Positions 18,038 through 27,772 of a stretch of 64,000 nucleotides of DNA are shown here, piece after piece (position 1 is the stretch's first letter; each line of letters starts with the position of its first letter). The stretch is from NCBI GenBank assembly GCA_937925845.1, contig CALAML010000040.1, positions 1,463 to 65,462 on the forward strand, given 5' to 3'. A program made the position numbers and the translations under genes. This DNA is from an uncultured Acidimicrobiales bacterium. Its GTDB lineage: Bacteria; Actinomycetota; Acidimicrobiia; Acidimicrobiales; CALAML01. Under the pieces are notes generated by a model. That model was not told the origin of the DNA. It was given only the letters and a program-made list of their open reading frames with translations, and ran no database searches.

Positions 18038-18958
18038 GTGGAACCAACGACGTGGACCATCGGGGCGATCACCATTGAGCGGGTTCCGTACTTCGATATC
18101 GGGCTCGATCCCGAAAGTTTGGGACTTGCGGGTGTCGCCGAATCGGTTGACTGGGCCGAGCCGTGGATGATCGACGGTCAGCCCGGGGTCGGCCAAGCGT
18201 TTTGGATCCTGCGAACCGGCGACGAGGTCATCGTCGTTGATCCCTGCGGGGCCTCGGATGCGTTTCTCCGCTCGGGCCCCGAAGCGGTTAGCCATCAGGA
18301 GGCCGCGTTTAACGCACTGGTAGCGGCGGGCTGCGAGCCGGACTCAGTCACCAAGGTGGTGTTCAGCCATCTCGATGGCATCGGCATGGCAGCTCTCGCC
18401 GATGGTTCCGATGCAGGTCAGGAGAGCTGGCGGCCAGCCTTCGCGAACTCGGCGCTCACCATCGCGGCCGCGGAGTATCAGTTCATCCTCGCCGGATGGT
18501 CGCCGGCTGAACCCGCGGTCGAGGGATCGGGCGACGAGGGTTTAGGCGATGACGGCTTAGGCGATGACGGTGGCCTGCTTGGCCGCCGCGCCTTCCTTCA
18601 ACTCGATGCCCAGGATGTGGTCCGCCCGGTGGACATGCCCGCTGAACTCGCTCCCGGAATCTCAATGACCCATACCGGGGGCCATTCGCCGGGCCATGCC
18701 ATCATCACCTGCGAATCCGAGGGCCAACGCGCGGTGTTGATCGGCCACCTCGCTATCAACCCGCTCCATGCCGCCACCGGACACCGGGACGATCTGCTCC
18801 ACGCCGACACCGGTGCCGGATGGCAGGCGTTGGAGGATGTTCTCAACAATGCTCACGAAGACCAGGCCCTTGTCATTGGCCCATTGTTCCCAAGCCCAGG
18901 CGCAGCCAGGGTCGCGGCTACGGGACCCTTCAAGCTGGTGCCGACACCTGGCGAGTAG
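18038..18958 (+). CDS. Metallo-beta-lactamase-fold protein with atypical metal motif
   Basis: IVVDP, VVFSHLDGIG in place of HxHxDH, TGGHSPGH, VLIGHL. GTG start 7 nt after CATACT. Confidence 0.7.
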   Translation: MEPTTWTIGAITIERVPYFDIGLDPESLGLAGVAESVDWAEPWMIDGQPGVGQAFWILRTGDEVIVVDPCGASDAFLRSGPEAVSHQEAAFNALVAAGCEPDSVTKVVFSHLDGIGMAALADGSDAGQESWRPAFANSALTIAAAEYQFILAGWSPAEPAVEGSGDEGLGDDGLGDDGGLLGRRAFLQLDAQDVVRPVDMPAELAPGISMTHTGGHSPGHAIITCESEGQRAVLIGHLAINPLHAATGHRDDLLHADTGAGWQALEDVLNNAHEDQALVIGPLFPSPGAARVAATGPFKLVPTPGE

Positions 18959-18979
18959 TCCCAGCTGACACCAGGCGCG

Positions 18980-19735
18980 TCAGCCGATATGGGCGGCGCC
19001 GCCGTCGACCGGGATGGTGATGCCGGTGAGATAACCGGCATCGGGGCCGGCCAGGAACACCGCCACCCGTCCGATGTCGGTTTCGCAGTCGCCGAAGCGA
19101 CGCATCGGAATCGACGACAGGGCTCGCTCGTAGGCCGCAGGATCGTTGACCTCGAAGTCGGCCAGCGCCGGTGAAGCCGCGAGTGGTAGCAGGGCGTAGG
19201 TGCGGATGTCGTCGGCGGCCCACTCCCATGCAGCGCTGCGGGTCATGGCGCGGATCGCCTCCTTCACACCGGCGTACACCCCACAGTTGATCGGATCCGG
19301 CTTCACCCCGGCTCGGCTGCCCAGGTTGATCACCACGCCTCCGCCACAAAGATGGGGATGGCACTCCCGCATAAACCGCAAGCTGGCCATCGGGCCCGAC
19401 AGCCAGGCAGCGTTGGCCTCGTCGTCGGTCACCTCCAACAACGGCCCCCGGGGTACCTCCTGGGCGTTGTTGACCAGGATGTCGACGGTGCCGAAGGCAT
19501 CGACGGTGGCCCGCACCGTCTCAGAAACGGCGACTGCGTTCTTCACATCGCACTCAAGCGCGATCGAGCGTCCGCCGCGCTCGTCGATCTCGCGCACCAC
19601 ATCGGCGCACTTCGAAACGGTGCGACCGACGATGGCCACCGCGGCACCCTCATCGGCAAAGGCCAGAGCGATGCCCCGCCCCACCCCTTGCCCGCCACCG
19701 GTCACGATCGCCGCTTTGTTTTCAAGAACACCCAT
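18980..19735 (-). CDS. Short-chain dehydrogenase/reductase
   Basis: TGGGQGVG, DILVNNA, YAGVK, ITIPVDGG. Confidence 0.92.
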   Translation of the reverse strand: MGVLENKAAIVTGGGQGVGRGIALAFADEGAAVAIVGRTVSKCADVVREIDERGGRSIALECDVKNAVAVSETVRATVDAFGTVDILVNNAQEVPRGPLLEVTDDEANAAWLSGPMASLRFMRECHPHLCGGGVVINLGSRAGVKPDPINCGVYAGVKEAIRAMTRSAAWEWAADDIRTYALLPLAASPALADFEVNDPAAYERALSSIPMRRFGDCETDIGRVAVFLAGPDAGYLTGITIPVDGGAAHIG

Positions 19736-19805
19736 GGCAGGCGATGTTAGTGGTGTGTTTGCCGGAGATCCGATGCCCGCTGCATCGGAGTGGAATACTG
19801 GGCCG

Positions 19806-20201
19806 ATGGCTGCATTCGATCTTTCCCGGAACCCCATCCACCTCGGTCTCGGCGCCAGCGCCCACCAGGAGCCCGAGTTCAGCGGCGATATGGCCTGGTA
19901 TGGCGGCTACGCCGACCGCCATGCCGACGATGGCGTTGAAGGTCGACTGGTGGCGGTGCACGCCTTCACCGAAGACTGGGACTCCTGGGAGATGCATCCC
20001 CAAGGTCACGAAGCGGTGATCTGCGTGTCCGGAGCAATGACGCTGATCCAAGAGATCGATGGCGAACGTATCGAGACCCCAATCACGGCGGGCCAGGCCG
20101 CAATCAACGAACCCGGCGTGTGGCACACCGCCACCGTCGTCGACCAGGCCACCGCCATCTTCATTACCGCCGGTCTCGGCACCGAACACCGCCCACTCTG
20201 A
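19806..20201 (+). CDS. Cupin domain protein
   Basis: WEMHPQGHE...NEPGVWHT; corresponds to the C-terminal part of track ORF 19200..20201. Confidence 0.85.
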   Translation: MAAFDLSRNPIHLGLGASAHQEPEFSGDMAWYGGYADRHADDGVEGRLVAVHAFTEDWDSWEMHPQGHEAVICVSGAMTLIQEIDGERIETPITAGQAAINEPGVWHTATVVDQATAIFITAGLGTEHRPL

Positions 20202-20257
20202 ACCGCGCCATCACCGCCATCTCCGCCCGCCCGGCCCAGCTTCGGCCTCAGCAAAGC

Positions 20258-20453
20258 CGGCCCATTTCGTGAGCCGGTCCGTAATGTCGGGGCTAGGCGC
20301 GGTTATTTGACGTGTGGCGCCGACATTTGGTGTGCCGGTCCGTAATGTCGGGGCTGGGCGCGGTTATTTGACGTGTGGCGCCGACATTTGGTGTGCCGGT
20401 TCGTAGTGTCGGGGCTGGGCGCGGTTATTTGACGTGTGGCGCCGACATTTCGG
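20258..20453. repeat. Tandem array with 61-bp period (about 3.3 units) of family A-related palindromes
   Basis: Near-identical units cgtaatgtcggggct(a/g)ggcgcggttatttgacgtgtggcgccgacatttggtgtgccggt(c/t) at about 20280, 20341 and 20402. Confidence 0.9.
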
Positions 20454-20458
20454 ATGGC

Positions 20459-21373
20459 CTAGAAGGTGGAGATGACGCTTTTGCCGAAGGCGTTGATGGT
20501 TTCGGTTGGGGCGAAGTCGGTGAACCAGACGTAGACCCGTTCGATTCCGGCGGCTTCGAGTTCTCCGAAGTGGTCGATCAGCTCTGGGGCGGAACCCGCA
20601 GCGAGCGCGGCATCACCGGCCCAGCCGAAGCGCTGGTTGGCTTTGGCTTCGATGGTGTCGCGTTCCGCGGCATCGGCCGTGTCGGGGACGAATGTGACCA
20701 TCTGCTGCACCGATGGTCGTGCCCACCCGGCCAGAGCCCGCAGCTCGGCGAGGCGGTCCAGCCCGTACATCGGGCAGTTCCACCAATCGGCGTGCTCGGC
20801 TACCAAGGCCATCGTCTTTGGGCCCGACCCGCCGATCACAACCGGAATCGGTCGGGTTGGTGTGGGTTGCTGCTGGGCTCCTCGCAGCGTGTGGAACTCG
20901 CCGGCAAAGTCGACCGGCTCACCAGTCCACAACGCCCGCATCACCTCTAGTGACTCGGCCAAGCGGCGACGGCGCGCTCCACCGCCGGCCTGGTCGATGC
21001 CAAAGGTGGCGAACTCGTCGGGCACTGAACCCCAGCCGATACCGAGCTCGAAGCGGCCGCCCGACGCCTGATCCAGGCTGGTGGCCTGTCGGGCCAGCAC
21101 CGACGGTTCCCGGAACCCGTCACACAACACCAAGTGGGAGATCACCAGCGAATCGGTCGATGCTGCCAACCACGAGGCGGCCACCATGGCGTCGACCATG
21201 TCGTGGCCTTCGGCCCGTGGGGGCGCGAGGTGGTCCATCAACGCCAGCCCGCGAAACCCGGCCGCTTCGGCGACGCGGGCCCGCTCGGTCAGCTCGGCCA
21301 TCGACATCCGCATCTGCGGAAGATAGAGATGGAACTCAAGCGGCTGGCTACGCACGGGGAGTCTGACCGCCAT
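20459..21373 (-). CDS. LLM-class flavin/F420-dependent oxidoreductase
   Basis: ALMDH, SGGRFELGIGWG, PIPVVIGGSG. Start may be GTG 21355, overlapping the SDR stop. Confidence 0.88.
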   Translation of the reverse strand: MAVRLPVRSQPLEFHLYLPQMRMSMAELTERARVAEAAGFRGLALMDHLAPPRAEGHDMVDAMVAASWLAASTDSLVISHLVLCDGFREPSVLARQATSLDQASGGRFELGIGWGSVPDEFATFGIDQAGGGARRRRLAESLEVMRALWTGEPVDFAGEFHTLRGAQQQPTPTRPIPVVIGGSGPKTMALVAEHADWWNCPMYGLDRLAELRALAGWARPSVQQMVTFVPDTADAAERDTIEAKANQRFGWAGDAALAAGSAPELIDHFGELEAAGIERVYVWFTDFAPTETINAFGKSVISTF

Positions 21374-22139
21374 CGCAGAAATAGGTTTGGCCGGTCATGA
21401 AACTGCCGGCATCGCTGGCCAACAAGAGCGCCAGACCAACCAGCTCATCAGGATCAGCGGCCCGACCCATCAACGATGCCTTGGCCGCCGATTCCTGATA
21501 GGCCTCGGGCATGTTGCGCACCATGTCGGTGTCGACCGTTCCTGGGACCAAGGCGTTGACCCGGATCTCGTCGCGGGCCAGAGCGGCGGCTAGTGATCGG
21601 GTGGCGGCGCCGAGGCCGGCTTTGGCAACGGCGTACATCAAGCCATCTCCCGAGAACAGGTAGGCGGCGCCGCTCAGCACGTTGATGACCGATGCATGGT
21701 CGCTGCCCCGAAGGTGCTCCAGCGCTTCCTGCACTAGGAACACCGGACCCCGCAGGTTGGTATCGAGGGTTTTCGACCACGCGTCCTCGGTGAGCTGACC
21801 CACCGGGAGGGCCAGCGCATTGGCCGCGTTGTTGACGATGATGTCGATCCCGCCGAAGGTTGACACCGTCTCGGCTACCAGGTTGGCGATCGAATCGAGC
21901 TGACCCATATGGCCCGGCACCGCCGCCGCAGTGCCACCCGCAGCGGTGATCGATTCCACCGCAGCGTCGCAGGCGTCGGGTTTGCGGCTGCTCACCACCA
22001 CCCTGGCTCCGGCCGCAGCGAAGCCATGGGCGATGGAGCGGCCGATGCCCCGACTGGCGCCGGTAACGATGGCTACCCGGTCGGTCAGATCGAATGAAGC
22101 TTGCAGTGAGTCAGCGGTGATCGACATAGGAGCCGACAC
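21348..22139 (-). CDS. Short-chain dehydrogenase/reductase
   Basis: TGASRGIG, IIVNNAA, YAVAK, IRVNALVPG. Confidence 0.92.
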   Translation of the reverse strand: MSAPMSITADSLQASFDLTDRVAIVTGASRGIGRSIAHGFAAAGARVVVSSRKPDACDAAVESITAAGGTAAAVPGHMGQLDSIANLVAETVSTFGGIDIIVNNAANALALPVGQLTEDAWSKTLDTNLRGPVFLVQEALEHLRGSDHASVINVLSGAAYLFSGDGLMYAVAKAGLGAATRSLAAALARDEIRVNALVPGTVDTDMVRNMPEAYQESAAKASLMGRAADPDELVGLALLLASDAGSFMTGQTYFCDGGQTPRA

Positions 22140-22230
22140 TACCTGCAGCCAACCAGCAACGAAGGCCGAAACGCAGCAGGGGCGGCCGGCAACGCTGGCC
22201 TCCCGCGGTACTCAGCCTGTCAACAACCGG

Positions 22231-23133
22231 TCATCGCCGAAGCTGGGGCAGAACCTCATCCACGATGCGGTCGAGTTGGCGATCCACATCAAGCGCCATC
22301 GGCACCACCACCAGTGAGGTGAGATCGGTGTCGACCAGCTCCTGAAGCGTGGACGCCACCGTGGCCGGGTCGTCGCTGACCGCCTCCCACCCAACCGGTG
22401 CATCGGGGTTGCGAGGTGCCATTTCCGCCGGTGTCCCAAGATGGCAGCCGGCATAAACGGTCAGCTGGTGATGGGCCAGGTCGCGGCCGGACCGTTCGGC
22501 GCCGATGGCAAAATGGCGACGAGCCGCGGCCACCTCTTCGGGCCCGTGCGCCTCAGACAACACCGAACCGGCGGCCAGCTCACCTGAAAGTTGGAGCGAC
22601 TTTGGTCCGGACACACCAAGCAGCAGCGGCGGAGGAACCGCCGGTGGAAACTCGAGGGTGATGTCGTCGAGCTGCACATAGTCGCCGCTGGTCGAAACCG
22701 TTCCCCCGGCCAGCAGCGCGGACACCGCAACGGTGAACTCACGAAGTCGTCTCAGCGGCGATGGCGCCCGGGCTCCGATACTGGTCATCCAGTGGTGCAC
22801 ACCGTGGCCGAGTCCAGCCAGGAAGCGGCCCGGGAACATCTCGGCCAATGTGGCCCACTCCATGGCCAGTGCGGCGGCGTTTCGAAACGGGGCCGGGGCA
22901 ATGCCGTGGCCAACGATCACGTCGGGATTCTGGGCCAGCACCGATGCCGCCTGACTGATGCCGCCGGCGTATGGAAGGTCCTCCACCACCCAGAGTTCAT
23001 CGAAGGAACCCGCATGGCGGGCCGCATGCTCAAGAAGCTGGGCCGGAGGAACGTCGCGACGCAACATGGTGCCGACGCGGGTTGGGATCGGCGAGGGCAA
23101 GGGGGGAGCCGATGATGCGTCGTCTGGAGTCAT
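22231..23133 (-). CDS. LLM-class flavin-dependent oxidoreductase
   Basis: DELWVVED, PGRFLAGLGHG, PPPLLLGVSGPKSL. Confidence 0.85.
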   Translation of the reverse strand: MTPDDASSAPPLPSPIPTRVGTMLRRDVPPAQLLEHAARHAGSFDELWVVEDLPYAGGISQAASVLAQNPDVIVGHGIAPAPFRNAAALAMEWATLAEMFPGRFLAGLGHGVHHWMTSIGARAPSPLRRLREFTVAVSALLAGGTVSTSGDYVQLDDITLEFPPAVPPPLLLGVSGPKSLQLSGELAAGSVLSEAHGPEEVAAARRHFAIGAERSGRDLAHHQLTVYAGCHLGTPAEMAPRNPDAPVGWEAVSDDPATVASTLQELVDTDLTSLVVVPMALDVDRQLDRIVDEVLPQLRR

Positions 23134-23154
23134 GGGCCACATCCTAAGCACAGA

Positions 23155-23207
23155 CCGAAACGTCGGAAATAGGCGACAAACGTTCTCGCTTTCCTCCGAC
23201 ATTTCGG
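23155..23207. repeat. 53-bp palindromic repeat, family A
   Basis: ccgaaacgtcgga...tccgacatttcgg, same length as the copies at 11224 and 12141. Confidence 0.7.
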
Positions 23208-23601
23208 GTTTTGGGCTTCGGTGTGCCAGAGGCGCGACGGATCGGGAGGCGGCCTAACAGTGGTCGAACTTGCTACGTGAACGCGACTCACCGTTACTGG
23301 TTTTTCGACAGCGGGGGGCCATGCCGCGAAAAGCAGGGCCAGGGCGAGGGTGGGCCCACGTGCGATGGTTTCCGATCACGTGTTACGCAACAGCTAGGTC
23401 TTCGACGCGTCGATTGGTAAAGCACGGACGCCAACTCGCCCAAGCGGCGTGGAGGAATCCGGAACCTTCCTCGCTATGTGCGGCGATGAAGTGGTTTGGG
23501 AAGGTGCCGATGCTGACGCTCCTGAGTGTCGGCATCGGCGCGCCCAGGTTTCGTCGGTGATGGGCGCCCCAGGCGGTCCGGCAAAGTGCCAGAATGTCGC
23601 C

Positions 23602-24471
23602 ATGCCGATTCCTGAAGGACAGCCGATCATCGACACCATGATCGGTTTTCCAAAACCCGACTTCGCTGTCTATGACTTCATCCGGAACCAGACCAAGGAT
23701 GCGGGCTCCGATGAAATGGAGTTCCCGGCCGAGTACATGTTTAAAAACGTGCCCAAGGATCTTTACGGCGGTGATGCCGACCCCATCGACGTCACCATCG
23801 GCGAGATGGATCGGCACAACATCGTGAAAGGCATGGTCGGTTGTCGGGCGGAGACGGCCCAGGAAGCGCTGACCCGCTACCCCGATCGGTTTGTGGCCAC
23901 CCTTGATATCGACCCCAACGACATCATGGGAGCACTGCGGTCGATGGATGAAGCCCACGAACACTGGGGCCTCCGCTCAGTGTCGTCGTTCCCATCGGGC
24001 TGCAACCCCCAGGTGCCGATCGACGACCGGCTCTTTTACCCGGTCTATGCCAAGTGCTGCGAACTCGACATCCCCATCTTCGTTTGCGCTGGCATCCCTG
24101 GACCTCGCCTGCCGTTCTCACCCCAGCACGTCGAACGGATCGACCAGGTGATGTACGACTTCCCCGAACTCACCCTGGTAACCCGACACGGTTGTGAGCC
24201 CTGGGAGGATCTGGCGGTGAAGCTGATGCTTAAGTGGCCCGGGCTCCACTACTCAACTTCGGCATTTGCGCCCAAGCACTACCCCAAAGCGATCATCGAC
24301 TACGCCAACACCCGCGGTGCCGACAAGGTGATGTACGCGGGTTACTTCCCGATGGGTCTTTCGCTCGACCGAATCATGAGCGATATGGCCAAGGTGGAGC
24401 TGAAGGACGAGGTGTGGCCGAAGTTCCTCCACGACAACTCGGCCCGCGTTCTCAAGCTCGACCAGGACTGA
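23602..24471 (+). CDS. Amidohydrolase_2 family protein
   Basis: PVYAKCCELDIPI, DFPELTLVTRHG, STSAFAPK, DKVMYAGYFP. Confidence 0.88.
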   Translation: MPIPEGQPIIDTMIGFPKPDFAVYDFIRNQTKDAGSDEMEFPAEYMFKNVPKDLYGGDADPIDVTIGEMDRHNIVKGMVGCRAETAQEALTRYPDRFVATLDIDPNDIMGALRSMDEAHEHWGLRSVSSFPSGCNPQVPIDDRLFYPVYAKCCELDIPIFVCAGIPGPRLPFSPQHVERIDQVMYDFPELTLVTRHGCEPWEDLAVKLMLKWPGLHYSTSAFAPKHYPKAIIDYANTRGADKVMYAGYFPMGLSLDRIMSDMAKVELKDEVWPKFLHDNSARVLKLDQD

Positions 24472-24475
24472 CTCG

Positions 24476-25285
24476 ATGCATCCAGATCAACTCCTTCTGA
24501 CCAACCGCGTCGCTCTGGTGACTGGAGCTGCGCAGGGAATCGGCAAGGCGACGGCGCTGGCCCTCGCCGATCTCGGCGCCCGGGTTGCGGTGTGCGACAA
24601 GCTCGGCGAAGGGCTGGTCGAGACCACCGCCGAGCTTGAATCCAAAGGCGGCACCGGCCAACCCATCCCCGTGAGTGAAGTCATCGACGTTCGCGACGCA
24701 GCCGCGGTCGAAGGCTGGATATCGCGGGCCGCAGAAGAACTGGGCCCGATCGACATTCTTGTGAATAACGCCGGCGGAGGCTTCTGGTCGCCGTTCTCCG
24801 AAGTCTCGGTAAACGCCGAGACCGCTCTGGTTCGTGAGAACTTCGGCACAGTAACGAACTGCATCCGATCGGTGCTGCCTCGCCTCAACAACGGCGCATC
24901 GATCGTCAACGTCACCTCGGTTGAGGCGTATCACTCGGCGCCCGGCTTTGCCGTCTACGCGGCGATGAAAGCAGCGGTTCAACAGTTCACCCAATCGATG
25001 GCCGTGGAACTCGGACCCCTCGGGGTTCGGGTGAACTGCGTGGCCCCCGACATGATCCCCACCCCCGGCGACGAAAGCCTGGCTGGTGATTCCGACGCCA
25101 TGATGGATGGTTTTCACCCCACTCCACTTCAGCGGATGGGCTCGGTGGAGGAGTGCGCCGCGGTTATCTGCTTCCTCGCCTCCGATCTCGCCAGCTTTGT
25201 GAACGGCTCAACGATCCCGGTCGACGGTGGCACCGTGGCCGCGGGCACCTGGAAGATCGCCTCGGATGGCGCCTGGAAAATGTAG
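24476..25285 (+). CDS. Short-chain dehydrogenase/reductase
   Basis: TGAAQGIG, NNAGG, YAAMK, VRVNCVAP. Confidence 0.92.
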   Translation: MHPDQLLLTNRVALVTGAAQGIGKATALALADLGARVAVCDKLGEGLVETTAELESKGGTGQPIPVSEVIDVRDAAAVEGWISRAAEELGPIDILVNNAGGGFWSPFSEVSVNAETALVRENFGTVTNCIRSVLPRLNNGASIVNVTSVEAYHSAPGFAVYAAMKAAVQQFTQSMAVELGPLGVRVNCVAPDMIPTPGDESLAGDSDAMMDGFHPTPLQRMGSVEECAAVICFLASDLASFVNGSTIPVDGGTVAAGTWKIASDGAWKM

Positions 25286-25746
25286 ACCTCTGGGCTGGCA
25301 CCAGACGCCTCCGACGGAAAGGCCCGCCCGGGCGGAGCCGGTGGTGGGGCGGGCTCCGGCTGCTCGTGCTCCGATTCAGGTTCTTCGCACTCGAGACGCG
25401 CGTCGGTAGGAGCGGGCGGGGCCGGCGACGAGCGCGGGGGTTGAGGCGGCGGGCTGGCCGGACCGTGCTGAACCAGCGGATGGTGCGAATGCAGGTCGGC
25501 GCCAGCGGGATGCCAAATGCTGACGTCCGGGGCCCGTCGGTTTCGTCGCGACCGCAGCGGGGTGACCTTCGATGGCCCGGGGGGAACACGGCCGCCGCTC
25601 CCAACGGTCTCACCATGGCGGTGATCGGTGTCGACCGACGGGTCGACCACCGCCCGAATGCGGAGATCGGTTTCGGTCTCGCTCCCGGTGACTAGCCGGA
25701 GATGCGACCGAGAGTGGGACTTCGATTTCGGTGTTGGCTGCTGCAT
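25129..25746 (-). CDS. Hypothetical Pro-rich, probably disordered protein
   Basis: ATG with a GGAG SD 6 nt upstream fills an otherwise empty gap; the 3' end overlaps the SDR on the opposite strand by 157 bp. Confidence 0.35.
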   Translation of the reverse strand: MQQPTPKSKSHSRSHLRLVTGSETETDLRIRAVVDPSVDTDHRHGETVGSGGRVPPGPSKVTPLRSRRNRRAPDVSIWHPAGADLHSHHPLVQHGPASPPPQPPRSSPAPPAPTDARLECEEPESEHEQPEPAPPPAPPGRAFPSEASGASPEVYIFQAPSEAIFQVPAATVPPSTGIVEPFTKLARSEARKQITAAHSSTEPIR

Positions 25747-25981
25747 GAGTGCTCCGTGGGTGGTTTGAATTGGTTGGCAAGCGTGGTGGTCTTGTTGCGG
25801 TCGATGTGGTCGCTGGATGTCAGCCGAGGCACGCTCGGCGGCGGGCGCGACGATCGGGCCCAGCTTCGACGAGGGCTTGGTTTGGGCTCAGCGAAGTGCG
25901 GTGGTAGGTGGAGCCGGGCGGTGCCTGGCCCGACGGATCGTGTAGCGGCTGCGACCGCCGAGAAGCGGAGCTAGGAGTCTC

Positions 25982-27010
25982 CTAGGGAGGGGTGGCGGGG
26001 AGCTCCACGACCATTCGGGCGCCTTGGGGTTTGTTTTCTGTGGCGCGGATCGAGCCGTGATGTAGGTCGACGATCCATCGGGCGATCGACAGCCCGAGCC
26101 CGCTCCCGCCCGACCCGGTTGAACGATCGGCGTCGGCTCGGTGGAACCGCTCGAAGATCCGCTCGCGCTCGGTCTCGGGAATCCCCGGACCCTCATCGCT
26201 CACGGTGAAGCGCACCACCGGCGAGCCGATCTCGGCAGTCGTCGCGTCGGCCTTTGCCGTCTCGGCGACGATGGTCACGGCGGCGCCCTCGGGCGAGTGG
26301 CGCACCGCATTGTCGACCAGGTTGGCGAGCAGTTGGTGGAGGCGCTCGGCGTCGCCGGTCATCGCTATTGACGGGTCGACGGTAACGCGTAGATCAACAG
26401 CATGGCCATGCAACTCGGTCTCGGCCACCACCGATTCGATCAACGGTCTGACGGCGAAGGGCTGCAGCGACAACGGTGCTGCGCCCGACTCGAGGCGAGC
26501 CAGATCCAACAGCTGGGTCACCAGCCGGCCCAGGCGTTCAACCTGGTCGAGCATCACCCGACCACGAGCCTCGTCCCACTCGGTGACGCCATCGACCAGG
26601 TTCTCCAGGTTTACCTGGATGGCAGCGATGGGCGTGCGCAGCTCGTGGCTCACGTTGGCGACCAGCTCCCGGCGTTGGCGCTCGACCTGCTCCAGCTCAG
26701 CGACCATGAGGTTGAACGAACCAGCGAGGCGACCGACCTCGTCGACCGAGGCCACCTCGATTCGCTGAGAGTAATCACCGCCGGTCATCTTTTGGGCTGC
26801 AGTAGCCATCTGCCGCAGCGGCCAAGTGGTGCCCTTGGCAAGAAACTGCACCATCAAGAGGGCCAGGCCGGCGGCGATGATGGGCCGAAGCCATCCCGGC
26901 CAACCAAGCCAGGCCCCCAGCGAAGACATAAACGCAGTGATGCCTACGGCGGCGACGATGACGATGCCGAACTTCACTTTGAGCGAAGGAATCGAGTTGA
27001 GCGGCCGCAA
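25982..27010 (-). CDS. HAMP-domain sensor histidine kinase
   Basis: Two TM segments, HAMP (DEVGRLAGSFN), SHELRTP, NLVDNA, DEGPG, GSGLGLSI. Confidence 0.95.
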   Translation of the reverse strand: MRPLNSIPSLKVKFGIVIVAAVGITAFMSSLGAWLGWPGWLRPIIAAGLALLMVQFLAKGTTWPLRQMATAAQKMTGGDYSQRIEVASVDEVGRLAGSFNLMVAELEQVERQRRELVANVSHELRTPIAAIQVNLENLVDGVTEWDEARGRVMLDQVERLGRLVTQLLDLARLESGAAPLSLQPFAVRPLIESVVAETELHGHAVDLRVTVDPSIAMTGDAERLHQLLANLVDNAVRHSPEGAAVTIVAETAKADATTAEIGSPVVRFTVSDEGPGIPETERERIFERFHRADADRSTGSGGSGLGLSIARWIVDLHHGSIRATENKPQGARMVVELPATPP

Positions 27011-27013
27011 CAG

Positions 27014-27748
27014 TCAGCTCGCGGAGTCGCTTGGCGGGGCGGTGGACGGATCGTTGGCCTGAGGGTCGCCGATGGCGTAACCCACCCCATGAACCGTCCG
27101 CACACAACCGTCGCCCAGCTTCCGACGCACGCCGCGAATGTGGCTGTCGACGGTGCGGGCTCCGGAGTCGTCGTTGGTATAGCGCCACACCTCAGCGAGC
27201 AGATCGCTTCGGGTCATCACCGCTCCATCCGATCGCATCAGCGCCGCGAGTAGCGCGAACTCGGTAGGCGTGAGGTGTACCTCTGCGCCGTCGAGCTCCA
27301 CTCGGCGGGTCGCCTCGTCCAGAGTGATGCCGCCGATACGGTGCTCGGTTCGGTCCGGCTGGTTTGAGACCCGCCGGAGCACCGCCTCCACCCGGGCCAC
27401 GAGCTCTCGGGGACTGAATGGTTTCGTCAGGTAGTCGTCGGCACCCATCCGAAGCCCGACGAGAACATCGGCTTCGGAATCGAGAGCGGTCAGCATCAGC
27501 ACCGGTACCCGGCGGTCCCGCTGGATTTCGCGACACACCTCATGGCCGGACAGACCAGGTAGCAGCAGATCGAGGATTACCAGGTCGGGCTTGAGCACCC
27601 GACACCGCTCAACTCCGGCCAGACCGTCGTGCACCGCTTCGGCCCGATAGCCCGACTTCACCAGTCGTTCGACGATCGCGTTGGCAATGTCAACCTCGTC
27701 CTCGACCACCAAAATGGTCTTGCGGGCAGTCGAGGCGTTCGAGGTCAT
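27014..27748 (-). CDS. OmpR-family response regulator
   Basis: LVVEDE, DLVILD, GADDYLTKPF, LTPTEF, RTVDSH, RTVHGVGY. Confidence 0.95.
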   Translation of the reverse strand: MTSNASTARKTILVVEDEVDIANAIVERLVKSGYRAEAVHDGLAGVERCRVLKPDLVILDLLLPGLSGHEVCREIQRDRRVPVLMLTALDSEADVLVGLRMGADDYLTKPFSPRELVARVEAVLRRVSNQPDRTEHRIGGITLDEATRRVELDGAEVHLTPTEFALLAALMRSDGAVMTRSDLLAEVWRYTNDDSGARTVDSHIRGVRRKLGDGCVRTVHGVGYAIGDPQANDPSTAPPSDSAS

Positions 27749-27772
27749 AAAGAACGAGAGTAGGGGAGCACC

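Noticed and set aside
20258-20453. CRISPR array
   Set aside because: Units are near-identical along their whole length, there are no unique spacers, and there are no cas genes.
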